From: an uncultured virus (IMG/VR IMGVR_UViG_3300028591_000115) | Lineage: Duplodnaviria; Heunggongvirae; Uroviricota; Caudoviricetes | IMG/VR virus record: IMGVR_UViG_3300028591_000115 | Strand: one strand, 5' to 3' | Length of the DNA stretch: 64,000 bases | Part shown: one piece after another, positions 26,801 to 40,732 of the stretch | Layout of the letters: every line of letters begins with the position of its first letter | How positions within the stretch are numbered: the stretch's first letter is position 1 | Translations under genes and position numbers: made by a program | The notes under the pieces: model-generated | Databases searched by the model: none | What the model was told of the DNA's origin: nothing | What the model saw: only the letters and a program-made list of their open reading frames with translations

Positions 26801-29800
26801 TATAGACCAACAGTGGTCTATCTATTAACATAATGTGATGTTTTATTATAAATTTCAGTAAGAGCTGAAACTATTTCTTGTTTATCAGTCGCTGCTGGGA
26901 AATCAGCCTTAACATAAACAGTTTGTTGTACAGAAGAAGAGGCATCAGATAAAGCACTTGTATAAGAATTGGCTAAATTATTTGCGTTTAAACTGGTCAT
27001 AGACATAGCCTATGCTGCATATATTAAAGCATTAAGTAATTTATCCATAACACCAGAACTTAAAATACCAAACATCATTTTTGTTTGATCGGCATTTAAA
27101 ACATATTCAGGATTTGGTTCTGTGCCATCTACCCAAGCAGGTCCAGTATAATCAATTAAACCTCCTGTGGCTGCACGTACTGAACCAGGCACACGTACCC
27201 TGCTATCAACTTTTGGTTTTGTGCCGCTGCTAGTTGGCTGCTATGTTTGTGTTGGACTAGGATCAGGATTATAACTTTTTGGAGTATAAGCTGTGACTTG
27301 ACGTCCACAAACAGTACATTTTGTACCATTCGTGATAGGTCCGCTATAAGTATGAGCAGCTTTTTGAACAATAGCACCCGTATCAAGATTTTGTCTCCAA
27401 TGATGAGTAGCATCATATTTCCAACCACTTAGACGAGTACCACCACCACCTCTACGGTCATCACCGCCATCTCTGCGGCCATCATCGCCATCACGACGAC
27501 CTCCATCTCTGCGGCCATCATCGCCATCACGACGACCATCATCGCCATCACGACGGCCTCCATCTCTACGATCATCACCTAAACTAGCTAATGCAGTAAG
27601 TACAGCATTGATTTTATCAATCATAGAAGAAAGATTTTTAATAGTTTTTTCAATTTCAGAATTCCAATTTTTAAAATCCTTAATAATTCGAGTCATTGCG
27701 TCTTCTAATGATTTCTTTAAAGTTTCAATTAATTTATCTGTTTCATTTTTAGTATTTGTTGCTGCAGTTTTAAATTTACCTAAATCAGAGGTCATATCCT
27801 CCCATTTTGTATGCGTATGCTCTTGCAATGAATCAACACGATTAGAGTAAGAGTCTAATGCTCCTACCAAAGCGGTTTGACAATTAATCATACCCTATTT
27901 AAAATCATCTGCTTTCTTAGACATCGCAACTAAAGTAGTATTTAAATATTTATCAGTATCAAATGCAGTACCTTTTAACTCTTCAGCAAATCTATTAGAT
28001 AATCTAGTATCATAATCAGTTAAATTTCCATAAGTAATCTCAATCTAACTGCCCAAATTATCCAATATTTTACCATACGCTTCATTTACTTCATCTAATC
28101 TCTACTATTTTTCTTCAGCAGTTAATGTAGCATCATTCCAAATTTGTTCAACAGCAGCCCTATATGCTTCTTCAGTCTCTTGTAAATTTTCATAAAGATC
28201 ATTTAAATGCTCTTTAGAAGTTTTGTGCATTTCATATAATACATCATTATACTTCTATTCAGCTTCACTTACTGCGTCTTGATCAGTAGTATATTGATAA
28301 ATCATATTACCGTTTTCATCGCGAGTAAGACGAACTTGATTTTTAGCATCTTTAGCATTCTCTAATTCTTGTTTTGCTAATAATAATTCATATTCTTTAT
28401 TCATCATTTCAATATCATATTCAGATAACTCATTACTATCAGCCTACAATTTAATCTTTTCTTTTAATGCTTTTAATTCTGCTTGATTACTCTTACTGCG
28501 GGTATCTGCGATAGAATCTTCGATTTTTCTTGTTAATTTATCAATTTCATAAATTTTAGTTACATCATCAACATAAAGATCATTATTCTTTTTCCATAAA
28601 TCAGCTTTGGTCTTAAGCCAATCCATATCATCGCCATTAAGTTTATTCATTTGATCCATAATTTCATCTACAGAATTTTGATATAAATCTTTTGCAGTTT
28701 GCGCAGCTGTCTTAACTGCATCAAGCCATTCTTCTTCTGCTTGTTCTTTAGTTTCTTTTAAGTCTTCAAGCGCACGTTTTGCTGCTTCATTAGTCGGATC
28801 TTTCTATAATTCTGCTTCTAATTCAGTTTCTTGCTATTGATAAAGTTTCATTCTTGCTTCATACATATCAATAGTCTATAACTAAGTATCATATTGGGCT
28901 TCCATAATAGTAGCCTTTTTATCCCAAACATCGCCGCCAGTATTATAAAGATCAACTAATTCAAGATATCCACTCATCATATTATTAAGATGTTTCATAG
29001 TATTAGCTAAAGCACTAAATTTTTCTTCACCTTTATCAATTACATCACCATAAAAACTTAACATAGTTTCGCGCATTTCAATAATTGCGTCAAGAGAAGA
29101 TTGAGCCTAATCTGCAATAGATTTTAATCCTTCTGCGAAATCTGACACGGTCATTTTATCTCCATCAAATCCATCAACAGTAGGAATAATAAATCCATCC
29201 TTATCTTGTTTAATCTTGTCTAAACTTGATATACCAGCCTAGCTCATTAAATTAGCCAAAGCTTCTGGCGCAGCATTGGATTGATGCTGTAATAAACGCA
29301 TTTGCTCAATATAATTTGTAAGTAATTTACTTGATTTATCTAAATCATTTTCATAAAGTTTAAGCATAGTTTGTAATAAATCAATTTGACGTTGATCAAG
29401 TTCAACTTTCAACTCTAATTCATAAGTAACCATCTCAAGCTTATTGGCACTAATTTGATTTTGAGCTTCAAGAATTGCTTCTTGAGCTTCTGCAATACGA
29501 TCTTGAGCTTCTTCATAACGTTCAACAGCATCCATGGCATTATCATATTTCTTTTGGAATTCTGTCCATGCATCGTCATCAATTGCGCCATTATTATATT
29601 GATCAACCATGCGATTATATTCATCTTGCCATTTTTTCTCATAAGCATCATAATCTATATTACCATCTTCATCAAATGTTGCGCCATTTTGTTCAAGTTC
29701 TTTTTTATCTTTTTCAAGATATTTTTGTGCTTCTTTAATTTTTTCTTTATTTAAGTCAATTTGATTCTTTAATTCTTTATTTTCTGCTTTTAATGAATCT

Positions 29801-32800
29801 AAATAACCAGAACCATATTTACGAGATTTTAATTTATCATTTTTAGTCAATAAATCATTTTGTTTCTTTAATTGACGATCTGTTTGATGATAACGAGTAC
29901 GATCATGATCATCTTTCTTTTGCTTATTACGACGGCCACCACCACCGCCGCCGCCTCCACGTTGACCATTACCAGTAGTATTAGTTTTAGAACTAGTTGC
30001 ATCATCAGCAACTAAGAAAGCAAATGTTTGTTCATCAGAAGAAGAGCTACTACCAGAAACAGAGGATGTCTATGTACTACCATCAACAGCCGTAGACGAT
30101 ACTTGTACTGCTGATTCAACTGCACCAGAAGATGAAGCAGATACTTCTTCAATATGAACACCACCAACAATTGGCTTAATACTATATTCTTGATCTGGCG
30201 GCTATGGAATATCTGGATCTTCTACATTGGCTTCATAGTTAACTGTTTGCGTAAGTTCTCCGCCTTCAGCTTCACCAGGCATAGCTTCAGCCATTCCTTC
30301 TGCAGCATCTGCCGCAGCATTTTCAGCATCTACAAACTCATAAACGCCTTTAGATACTTCTTTAATTTGTTTACCAGCTTTCGCAGCTTGAGCATTTGCT
30401 TCATCAAAACCTAATGTTTCAACTGCTTCTTGAGCGGTCATCATTTGTTCAGAACGATTAATGGTTAATCCCATTGTTTCAGCCAACTAATCCATTTGAG
30501 CATTTGTTAATCCAAGCTATTTTTGAATATCTTTTAAAGATTGAATTTGTTTTTTGCCTTCATCACCCATTTGACTTAATTTTTGACCAAGTTTCATATT
30601 ATTACCAATTTTATTTAATTCACTAATAGCATCAGAGCATGCATCAATATCTTTACCAAACTATTTTAATTTCTCAGTTAATATATTTTTTTCTATTGTT
30701 TCTGCCGCTTCTTCTGAACCATTAGCCCATTCTTTCATTGCTTCTGCATTAGCATCAATAAATTCACGACTAACTTGAAACTCACCAAAGAAATCCGTTA
30801 AAACACCAGCAAGAGAAGTATAAGCCGCAGTTTTTTCAGCTGCTGTTGCCGTAGAACTAGCCAATATATCAAATGCACCAGTCGTTGCTGTTAAAGCAGA
30901 TTCTAGATCTTTTAATGCTTGCTGCTAATCATCATTGTCTACTAAAGCCTATTTTAATGCCTCAAAATCATACACATCTTGAAAATAATCATCAGAAATT
31001 TCTACTCCACCACGAATACTTGCTTCTTGTTTCATGTCAGACATTGCCGCTTCTTTAGATTCATAACTATTATCTGATAAAAATTTATTCATTCTATAAT
31101 CTTTAGCTGTAGTTAAAGCAGCTTCTGCGCTCGCAACTTCAGCATTTGCACTAGCCCTAGAAGCATCAGTTTCACCGTTTTGCGCGCCCTCTTCACTAGT
31201 AACAATATCTTTAAATGTTTTTGCTGCAGATACTACTTCAGATGCAAAAGAGGTTGAACTAGCTTCAATAGATCTTGCTAAAGTTTCATCATCAACAGAA
31301 TCCATTAAATCACTCAATGATTCATATTCCGTTCCTAAAGATTGATTTAATGCTGTTAACCAATCCGCTTGACTTCGTCCTGTTTCAGACTCTAATGCTT
31401 TTGCTTTTTCTTCACCAGACAATGTTGAATGTTCTGTTGCCCATTTAGTAGTTAATTCTTGAGCTTTTGACCAGTATTCTGCTTCAGTTTTTGCGTTACT
31501 CAATCTTGTTTCAGCTGCTGTTTTTGTTCTTTGATATTCTTGCTATGCTTCAACTGCAGCATCATTGGCTTCATTCAATATGGCATTTCCTTCAGCCATA
31601 TCTCCCATTAAGGTCCAAGCTTTTTTATTTCCAAGTTGTAAAGCTTGAATTAACTATTCTTTACTTTCAACACCTTCAAGTCCATATTTAGTTGCAGCTG
31701 CTGCAACTGCAGCATCATCTTGGAAAGCAGTAGTAACAGCGTCCTATAATTTTTTATTTGCTGCATCTAAACGACCAATATTAGCAGCACTTCCACTTTC
31801 TGCCATATCTGCATGTGAAATAAGCCGGCCACTACTTGTGCGGACTCCTTCTGCAGATGCATTCGTAACTGTTTCACCGGGTAATAGACCTTTAACGCCC
31901 TAATTAGACATGAAATCTTGATAGGAAACTCGTCGTGACTATAATTTACCTTGATCATCATAAGACGTTGTTAAAAATGCATCAAGATTAGTAGTTTTTA
32001 AATATTCAGAAGTAGTATTTAAAGTAGGAGTTGTTAAAATATCCCCAGCCGTACCATTAGCAACCATTTGTGCAGCTTCAATATATCCATATCCTTGAGC
32101 TACCAATTGATGCATAGCATTTACTGCTGCATCAGTATCTCCAACAATCATAGAAGCAAATGATTTTCCTTCAGCCATTCCTAATAAGATATTAGAAATA
32201 GATTCAAAAGCAGATTTCCAAATTTCAATTTGTTCTGCTGCTGCACTACGTGCATTTTCATTCATTTGCTAATATGCATTTGACATCGCGTCAATTGCAC
32301 CGGCTTTTATTTCAGCATAAGCTGCATCATTAGCATCAACTGCATCACTTAAATAATCATTCATCGCCGCAATAAATTTCTCTGGATCTACTTGTGGGTC
32401 AAATTTTAATGCAGCTGCATCCCATGCTTCACTAAAAATTCCAGTCAGACTATCACTAAGACCATAATGCGACTACATGCGTTCAAGCCATCGATCTTTA
32501 TTATTAGTCTGAATATCTGCAATGTCCCAAACACCTCTGCCCTAATTAGCCTAATACTCAGCATTATATCCTGACATTAATTTATGAGCAGTAGATAATT
32601 CTTTATTTTGTTCGCGATGCGCTTCGGCAGCCTTACCAACCATTTCTGAATAAGCATTCGCCGCAATGACGGCTCGTTCTTCTGCTGTTGTAGCTTTAGT
32701 AAAACCATTTATTACAGATTCAGAGAAACCTGCCGCAGCTAACTTGGCTTTTTCTGTTGCAGTTAAATAACCATCATATATATGGTCTCCTAAAGTTTTT

Positions 32801-35800
32801 GCTCCATCTTGCATTTTTGTAACTTCTTCATTTAATGACTTAATTTGTTCTTTTGATCTACTATATGTTTTAGTAGCTTTTTCAGTATTTAACTATAATT
32901 TAGTATTTTCCCAATCTTCATTAGTCGTTTTCTCTGTCCAATAATCGCTACTCCATTGGTCCCATACTGCTTGTTGACCAGTTTGTTCCCATTTCTCATT
33001 CCACATTCCTTTACTTTGCAACTCAGCTTTTAATTGATCCCAAGTCATATGAGCATATTCACTTGTCATATATTTTTGTAAACCGACATCTGCTCTAGAT
33101 TTAGTAGTTTTAGTTATTGTTTGTAAATTTTTGACTAATTCTTTCATTTTATTATTAACATCATCAATTGTTTTTATATCTTTAGTACTAATACCGGCTT
33201 TTTCTAAAAGGGTTTTAGTTGAATCACTTAATTTACCTGTTTCAAATAAATCTTTATAAGCAGACTATAAAGCTTTAATTCCGTCTGTTGTTTCAGCCAA
33301 ATCATCTTTATCTACTTGTAAAACTTTATTCATTTCTGATTCAGCATGTGTTTGCTTCATTTGTTCAAGTTCAACACCAGCTATAGCTTTTGCTGAACCT
33401 TCTGTCATTCCATTGTATTGTTCTTCTGCCAAATCAATCATCATTTGCTCATATCCGCTACGATCTGTTCGATATTTTTCAACTAGCATATCTGCAGTCC
33501 ACTAATCAGAATTTAAATCTGTATGATTAATTTGTCTACCTTTATTTGTATATAACACACCAGTTGAAGAAGCACCAGTAATCTTTTCTCCATCGGCTAA
33601 ACGATTAGTATTAAATTTATTAGAAGCATTTACCATTTCAAGAACTTTATTCATGTCTTCAACAGAAGTTGGTAAAGAACTAAAAGCAGCTGATAATTTT
33701 GAGACTTTTTCACGCGCTTTATCCGCAGCTGATTCTACCGCGCCCAAAGTCGTGGCAGTACGTTTAGCGGCTTCAATAGCCTCATCAATACTTTTGCCCT
33801 CAGAAATAGCTTGAGTATATGCTTGATAAGCTTCTTTACTAGCATATATACCACTGTATATAACATCAAAAGCCTATTCAGCAGTATCTACATCCCAATC
33901 TAAACCTGACTCCCAATCTTGAGTTTCTTCATTCCATTCACTGCCATATAATGTGTATCCGCCATATTCATTTTTTTCCATTTGCCAAGAATGAGTTTCA
34001 TCAGGTTCAAAAGTAATACTATCTCCCTATTGTGTTAAATTTTTATTTACACGTCGTTGAAAATCAGTTAAAGCTGCAGCTCGACCTTCAAAATATTCTT
34101 CATATGCTTTAGTAGTAATTTGCTCTTCATCAAATCCCTATGATCTCAAAAATTCTTTAAAATCAGTTTCCCAATTTGTTTTATCTTCTTCTGCCAATGA
34201 CTAAGCAATCTAAGCATCTTCTTGGGCGGTTTCTAAATAAGAATCTGTAATACTTTGTAAATATGCTTTTCGTCCAGCATAATCTTTAGCAACAAAAGTA
34301 TCCCAATCAAACATATCAAAATCTGAATATGCATCATAAATAGCTTCATAATCAGATTGAGTCATGCCGTTTTCTTTTAATTTTCCTTGCGCGCTTATAG
34401 CTGCCGCATATTTAGAACCACTTTCGCCAGCTGTTTCTACTGCTTTATTAGATTTAACCAAACTCGCTAAACCAGCATCATCTTTAATAGATTTACCAGA
34501 AGCAGTTAATAATTTTAATCGACTTAAATAAGGCGAGATTTCTTCTAAAGTACTAAAACCATTTTCTTGCATCCAATCAACTACATCAGAAGTAGAGTCA
34601 CCAAAATCTTCTGCTAATGTTTCCATTAATTCAAATTGATCGGTTAGAGCAGTTTTATCTTTTAAAGCACCTGTTATTATTTTATGTCTAGCAGCGATAT
34701 ACTCAGCAGACCCAAAAGGTAAATCTCTTAATGCTTCATAATCTTCTTGATTAGCATCAATTTCAGCAGCAAGTTCACTATATTTATCATAAAAACCTTT
34801 AATTCCACCTAAATCTTCAACACTTTGACCAACAAATTCTGTTAATGCATCTGACGCAGTTGTTTGCAAAGTTGCAATATCAGTGTTATCTAAATATGAA
34901 TGTGCTTGGTTCATTACGTCTTCATTTTCGGTATAATGCTTACTTCTTGCGATTATAGCTTGTAAAGTTTTATATTCTATATCCTCTTTATAACCAGTCT
35001 TATTTTCACGACGAATTTCATTTGATCTTGCTGTTAATTCAGATATAAATTTTTCATTATTTACCAACCAACGAGCTAAATCTACTCCTTCTAAATCGGC
35101 CGGATTTGTCATTCCAGCATAACCATTAGCATCTCTTGTGCCTAATCCTAATTCGATCATTCGATTGTCCCATTTAGTATTCCAATCTTGATCGTATGCT
35201 GATGCGATTACTCCAGATGCAGCGGTTGACTTAGATTGAGAACGATCATCTTGATTATATTGCCAGCCTAATGAAGGAATATAACTTGCAAGAGGACCAA
35301 GACCACCACCAAAAGTAGTTAATTGACCTAAATCTTCTAAAGAATCGATCCCTAATATATCAAATAGTTTTTGCCAAGCTTCAATACCAAGGTTTTCATA
35401 CCAAGCAGCATTATATAATTCTTGACCTGCAGCTGTATCATTTCGAGTATGAGCCATATCCATCCAGCTTGAGTACCTATCTGGCATGTATTCCTATTGC
35501 CATGCTTCAAGTGCCTATCTTTGTTCATTATTGTCTGTATCTACATATGCATCTAAAACTGTTTTCAAAATTAAACCTGCACGTACTGATTCATCATCAG
35601 TGTTCGTCATATATTCATCGTCAGATTTTTCTCGTCCTGTTAAAGCACCTAAAATTGTGCTTAAAATTTTGCTAGTAATTGTGACAGCCTATTCTGGATT
35701 TTCATTCTACTCAGCGTAATCAACCATTTCTCCAGCTGGACCAGACAACTAAGATCCTACATAAGGAGAAAATTCTTTATTTTCTTTTTTATCAGGACTT

Positions 35801-38800
35801 ACAAAATCACTCATTGATGTATTAGCTGCATTTAATAAATCCTATAATTCTTTGCCTTCTTTAGCAATATCAACAGCTTCACGTAATTTTTTATTAAATT
35901 CATCAAAATTACCACTCGCTAATAAAACAGAAGCACCAGTAATATTGTAAGCATCTGCTAATTTTTCAGCAGATGTAATCAATTCTTCTTGTTTATCACC
36001 TGTTTTTTCATAAGTTGCATATAATTCATTATAACTAGTTAATACTGAACTATCAACCTTATTTGCTTTTTGTTTTTCTTCTAAATCTTTATAATCTTGA
36101 TTACTAGTTTCAAAAGCAGTTTCAGCCGCTTTTTCAGCACGTTTATTAATTCCATCTAAAATACCAGCGATAGTGACAATTGTCATAATAATTGCGCCAA
36201 CCCAGTTACCATTTACAACTGCATTAATAGTTGATCCAACTACTGTAATTGCCTGACTTAAACTCATTAATTTAGAAGTAGCATTACTTGTATCCCAATT
36301 GCCAATACCATTAGAAAAAGCATTAAAACCCATAACTGCGGAGCCAAAACTTGAAGCAATTTGTGAAATTGATTTAGACATATTTTGTGCACCAATTTTC
36401 ATTTTACTCGCCATATCAGTTAAATCTTGACCAGAACTTGTTAATTGAATAATTTTTTGACGAGCTTCTTCTGATCCATTGGCCATATCTCTTAATAATT
36501 GTTCAGGAACTTTTAATGTTGTAGCTAATACTTCAAATGCATTAGTCGCACCGGTTATTCCAGAGCTTTCTAATACCTACAATTTAGTCGTAACTTGGTC
36601 TAATGTAGTTGCAAAATTAGTGCTATCTGCAGACTATAATTTTGTAATTAATTTATCAATTTCTGATGCTGCTGCAGTTTGACCAGTCTATTGTAATTCA
36701 TTTCGATAAGCTTCTAATATAGTTGTAGCACTTTTAATCTATGGTTCAGCTTGTGCCCACGTCATTGTTTGATAATTCTCCAATGCTTTTGTCGCATCAG
36801 CACAAGTACTAATTTGATCGTTCAATAATCTATAATGGGTGATCATCTATTCAACGGTATTACCTTTTTCTGTATCAATATCAGACAATAAATCACCATT
36901 AAAAGCACTTTTACCGCCCATAAAATTAATAGCAGATTCAGCCCTGGACTCGTCTACCTTTTTTGCAGTGGCTCTATCACTTGCAGTACGGGCTTGACTC
37001 ATAGCTTCAGTTGAATCTTTAATAGAATTTGTTAAACTTTGTACATTAGATTCCGCTGTTTTATACTCTTGACCAATTTGAGTAATCTAATCAGCCTATA
37101 ATTGCAACATATTTAATTGAGACTATGCAGCAGCTAAATCTTGTGTACTCATCTAGCTTGAAACGTTTGCTAATTCCTATTTTTTCTATAACAATAATTC
37201 AATAGCAGAATATTGCTCTAACATTGCCGGATCATTTGTACCCGCAATTGCTTTTGCAGTTTCTTGCTAAAATTGCTAATTCATATTATTATACATTCTT
37301 TGATTTGTAGATTCTTTAAAGAATGATAAAAATGCTTGTCCTTTTGTCATTCCTTCAAATGAAGCTTTAAAGGTCTAAAACTTATTAATAGTATTTGTTA
37401 AAGAAGCACCAATTTGTTTAGAAAATACATTAAGAAAAATTGCGCCAATAGAAGTAGTAATTCCTTTTAGACCACCTAAAGAATCCACTACATTGGTAAT
37501 TCCTTCTACTAATCCAGTCATAGCTTTAGTTGCAGAAAGAATGTCTTTTTCATTAATTAAAGTACCCCATAACTCTTCTTTACTTGCTTGTAAACGTTTT
37601 TTAGCTGCTTCAATACCTTCCATATAAGTATCTTGCATTGCGTCTAAAGCGCCTTCAGAATTTTCTGCATAACCTAAATTCTATTTATATCTATCTTGAT
37701 TTTCGAATAAAGCCATAACATTGGTTTGTTGACGAACACCACCGACAGTATTTGCTAATGCTGTTTTTTGACCTTTGCTTAAATTATCCCATTTTTCCAT
37801 TAATTCGTCAATAACGATTCCCATATCACGTAAATTTCCTGAAGTATCAAGAATATCTACGCCAACTGTTTTTAATGCTTTACTATATTTTGTAAGATCC
37901 AGCCCATCTTCTAATGTTTCACCAAGTTTTAAACTAGAAAATCTACTTAAAATCGTATTCATTGCAGTACCAACAGTTGAAGCTGCTTGTCTAGTCGTAC
38001 TAGACACAGTAGCAATCATTGCCGATACTTGTTCCATACTTACACCAACAGTATTAGCCGTTGCAGCAACTTTTTGTAATGCTGTTGCAATTTCTTCAAC
38101 GGAAGAAGCTGTATGAGAACCTAAATTTGCCATAACATCAACCATATGTTCTAGTTCATCTGCACCGGCTTGGAAACCATTCCAAGTAGATGTTAACATA
38201 TCAGACATTTCAGAAGCAGTTGCTTTAAATGCAACATTAGTAGCTTTTAAAGTAATTTCTGCTTTTTTAGCAGCTAATTCTGAACTATCACCTTGTTGAT
38301 AATATGTTAATGCTGCTTTTGCATATTCTTTAGTTGTCGTGCCTAAAGCTTTTGCGGCTAAATTTGCCTAAGTGGTAAATTTTGTCATTTGCTCTACAGT
38401 TTGTCCAGATACTACACGAATATCTGTTAATGCTTCATTCAAATCGGTTACATAATTTAAAGCATTACTAAATGCTTTTTCAATACCATGTACTGCGCCA
38501 GAAGCCATTTCCCATTTAGCAGTGTTTTTTAACGTAGTCATCATAGTCGTTAAAGTTTTATTTGCCTATTTAATTGGAACGTCCATTAATGACACTGATT
38601 TACTTAATTGCGCAAATGCTGCTTGACCTTGAGTTCCAGCATTACGTAAACTCGCACCTAAAGTAGCAACATTTGTTCCAGCTAATTTTAATTGCTATGA
38701 AAATTGAGTCATATTTATTTGACCAGTATTAGCATTAAATGCAGCCTATAATGCAGTTTGTAACGTTTTTGCCGCACTAGCAGCCTAAGTTAATTCTGCA

Positions 38801-38931
38801 TTAATTCCCATATTACCTAATGATAAATTCTAAATATTTGTTAATTGTGCATTTAATTTCTATAATGCTTGTTGGGCCTGAGTAGTATCAGCATTAAATC
38901 CCAACGTAACTTGGACCCTATTCCCTGCCAA
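26800..38931 (-). CDS. Tape measure protein (~4,043 aa, heavily TAG-recoded)
   Basis: TTG start at 38931 after AGGAG. Seventeen track fragments from 38208 to 27006 are all in this frame, and the gene ends at TAA 26800. TP901-type TMP segment (TASSVEEIATALQKVAATA...TRQAASTVGTAMNTILSR), long Ala/Glu/Lys helical regions, and C-terminal AATGGLIDYTGPAWVDGT..PEYVLNADQT. Confidence 0.85.
27451..27578 (-). repeat. Coding tandem repeat encoding (RRDGDDG/RRDGG)n near the tape measure C-terminus
   Basis: Translation GDDRRDGGRRDGDDGRRDGDDGRRDGGRRDGDDGRRDGGDDRR; a ~35 nt DNA unit is repeated with 36 nt period. Confidence 0.85.
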
Positions 38932-38972
38932 TTTACTCACACTCCTTTTTCACAAATAAAAAAAGATTGGTA

Positions 38973-39497
38973 TTAACCAATCTTATCAAGAATTTCTTTA
39001 ACTGTTTTTAAAGCATTAGGATTATCTAATTTCGCCATAGTTTCATCGACATCTAATTTAGTATTTTCATAATCCTAAGTAATTGTTTTCATAACGCCCA
39101 TCAAAGAATTAAGATAATGTTCAAGATTATCTGCTTCATCATAAATTTTATTTCTTAATTCAATAAGTTCTTCATCTGGAATATTTTCATTTACTTGTTT
39201 AATAATATTATTTAATACTAATAAATCGTATAAATTAAGAATATTTTCCATTTGTTTTTCAGTAATATTAAAATTAGTATAAGTTTTAATAATTTCAATT
39301 TCCATCAAAATATTAAGTCTAAACATACTATATCTATTACTTTCATCAAAAGCACCAGCCAATACTCGTTCAGTCAAAGCAATTTTTTCCGCAGTTGGAA
39401 GATATTGCCGTACTTGAACTTTTTCACCATTAATTTCTACTTCTTTAATTTCTCCAGATTTAATTGGAGTAATTTTAATTAAACTAACTTTAGCCAT
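38973..39497 (-). CDS. Probable tail assembly chaperone (174 aa, one TAG)
   Basis: Directly upstream of the tape measure gene; continues through TAG 39075 to TAA 38973. Confidence 0.6.
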
Positions 39498-39520
39498 ACT
39501 AAAGTCCTCCTTTTTCTCTT

Positions 39521-39549
39521 ATAATACCAAAATTATTTTAAATTGACAA
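39521..39549 (-). promoter_or_regulatory. Possible SigA-type promoter for the chaperone-tape measure unit
   Basis: TTGTCA-17 nt-TATTAT with a TG extension on the minus strand. Confidence 0.4.
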
Positions 39550-40651
39550 ATCGGATATGAACTCCATAAGACATGTCTGTTTCAAACATTTCATCAAATA
39601 CCTGTTCAATTAATGCAGCAGTACTTGTTACAGTGATTGTACTCGTACTAGAAGGATCGTTCCAAATTAAATAGTCTGCATCTGTAACATCAGATAAAAT
39701 ACCATTAACTATTTGACCACGACCTGTTAATTCATAAATAAATCTAATATGCGCCAAATATGTTAAAGCAGTTTCGTCTCGAGCTGAATAAGTTGCATAA
39801 TAAACGCTATTGATCACATCATCTGACCAGCCAACAGAACGTAACACACTTAAAACAGCTCTATAAGTATTAGTATCACCTAAATGTACTGCGTCTGCAA
39901 TCATGCCTCTTGCTTCACGAATTCGGGCAATATAATCTGCAGAACCATAATTTTTAGCAGTAATAGTCGCTTTTGATAATAATGAATATATTTTTGTCAT
40001 TAATGGACTAGATGTCGCATCATTCATTGCCATCTATACATTAACTCCTTTAGTACTAATATCTGTTTTTATTTGAATTGGAGTTAAGGATAAAGAATTT
40101 CTTAATTTACCAATATCTGCCTGAGCACGTTCATAAGACATTCTAACTTCATTACTAACTCCTTCAGCTAGCACTTGAGTAAATTCATAGCCCATTTTAT
40201 CAAGAAAATCTCCATTTAAACCTTCTGCAGTAGTTCTTACAGAACCGGTATTTGCTTTTTCTAAAAACTATTGTAAACTCATTCCTGTTGAACCGTTACC
40301 TTCTAATATACCATAAATGAATTTAGTTAATTCTGTTTCAAATTTTTTACCACCCGAAGCATTAAATTTAAATAAAGAATTTTTCAAACTTGGTGGAAAT
40401 TTTGATTCTAACTATGCCAATATTTCATTAGTAAATAACTAACTTGTATTATGCGTACGACTACTTCTATTAGCATAAGATTTCCATGCTGTTAAAAATT
40501 CTTGTAACAAAGCTGCATCTTCTTTACTACCGCCCCCACCAGCAACACCTTTTAATGCTTGCTATTTATAGTGATTATAAAGACTTTGATGCACTTGATT
40601 TAACATACTACTAGGTGATTGATTAAGATCTGGACCGGGCACATGTAACAT
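39533..40651 (-). CDS. Hypothetical tail-module protein (~372 aa, TAG-recoded)
   Basis: ATG at 40651 after AGGTGA, in frame with track ORF 39533..40033. Confidence 0.65.
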
Positions 40652-40675
40652 TTGTCATCACCTTTTCCTCATAAA

Positions 40676-40716
40676 TAAAAAAAATAGGGGAGATACATAT
40701 TCGTATCTCCCCTATT
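40676..40716 (-). terminator. Intrinsic terminator after the tail tube gene
   Basis: AGGGGAGATAC...GTATCTCCCCT followed by a T-run. Confidence 0.8.
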
Positions 40717-40732
40717 GTCTATTTTATTTAGA

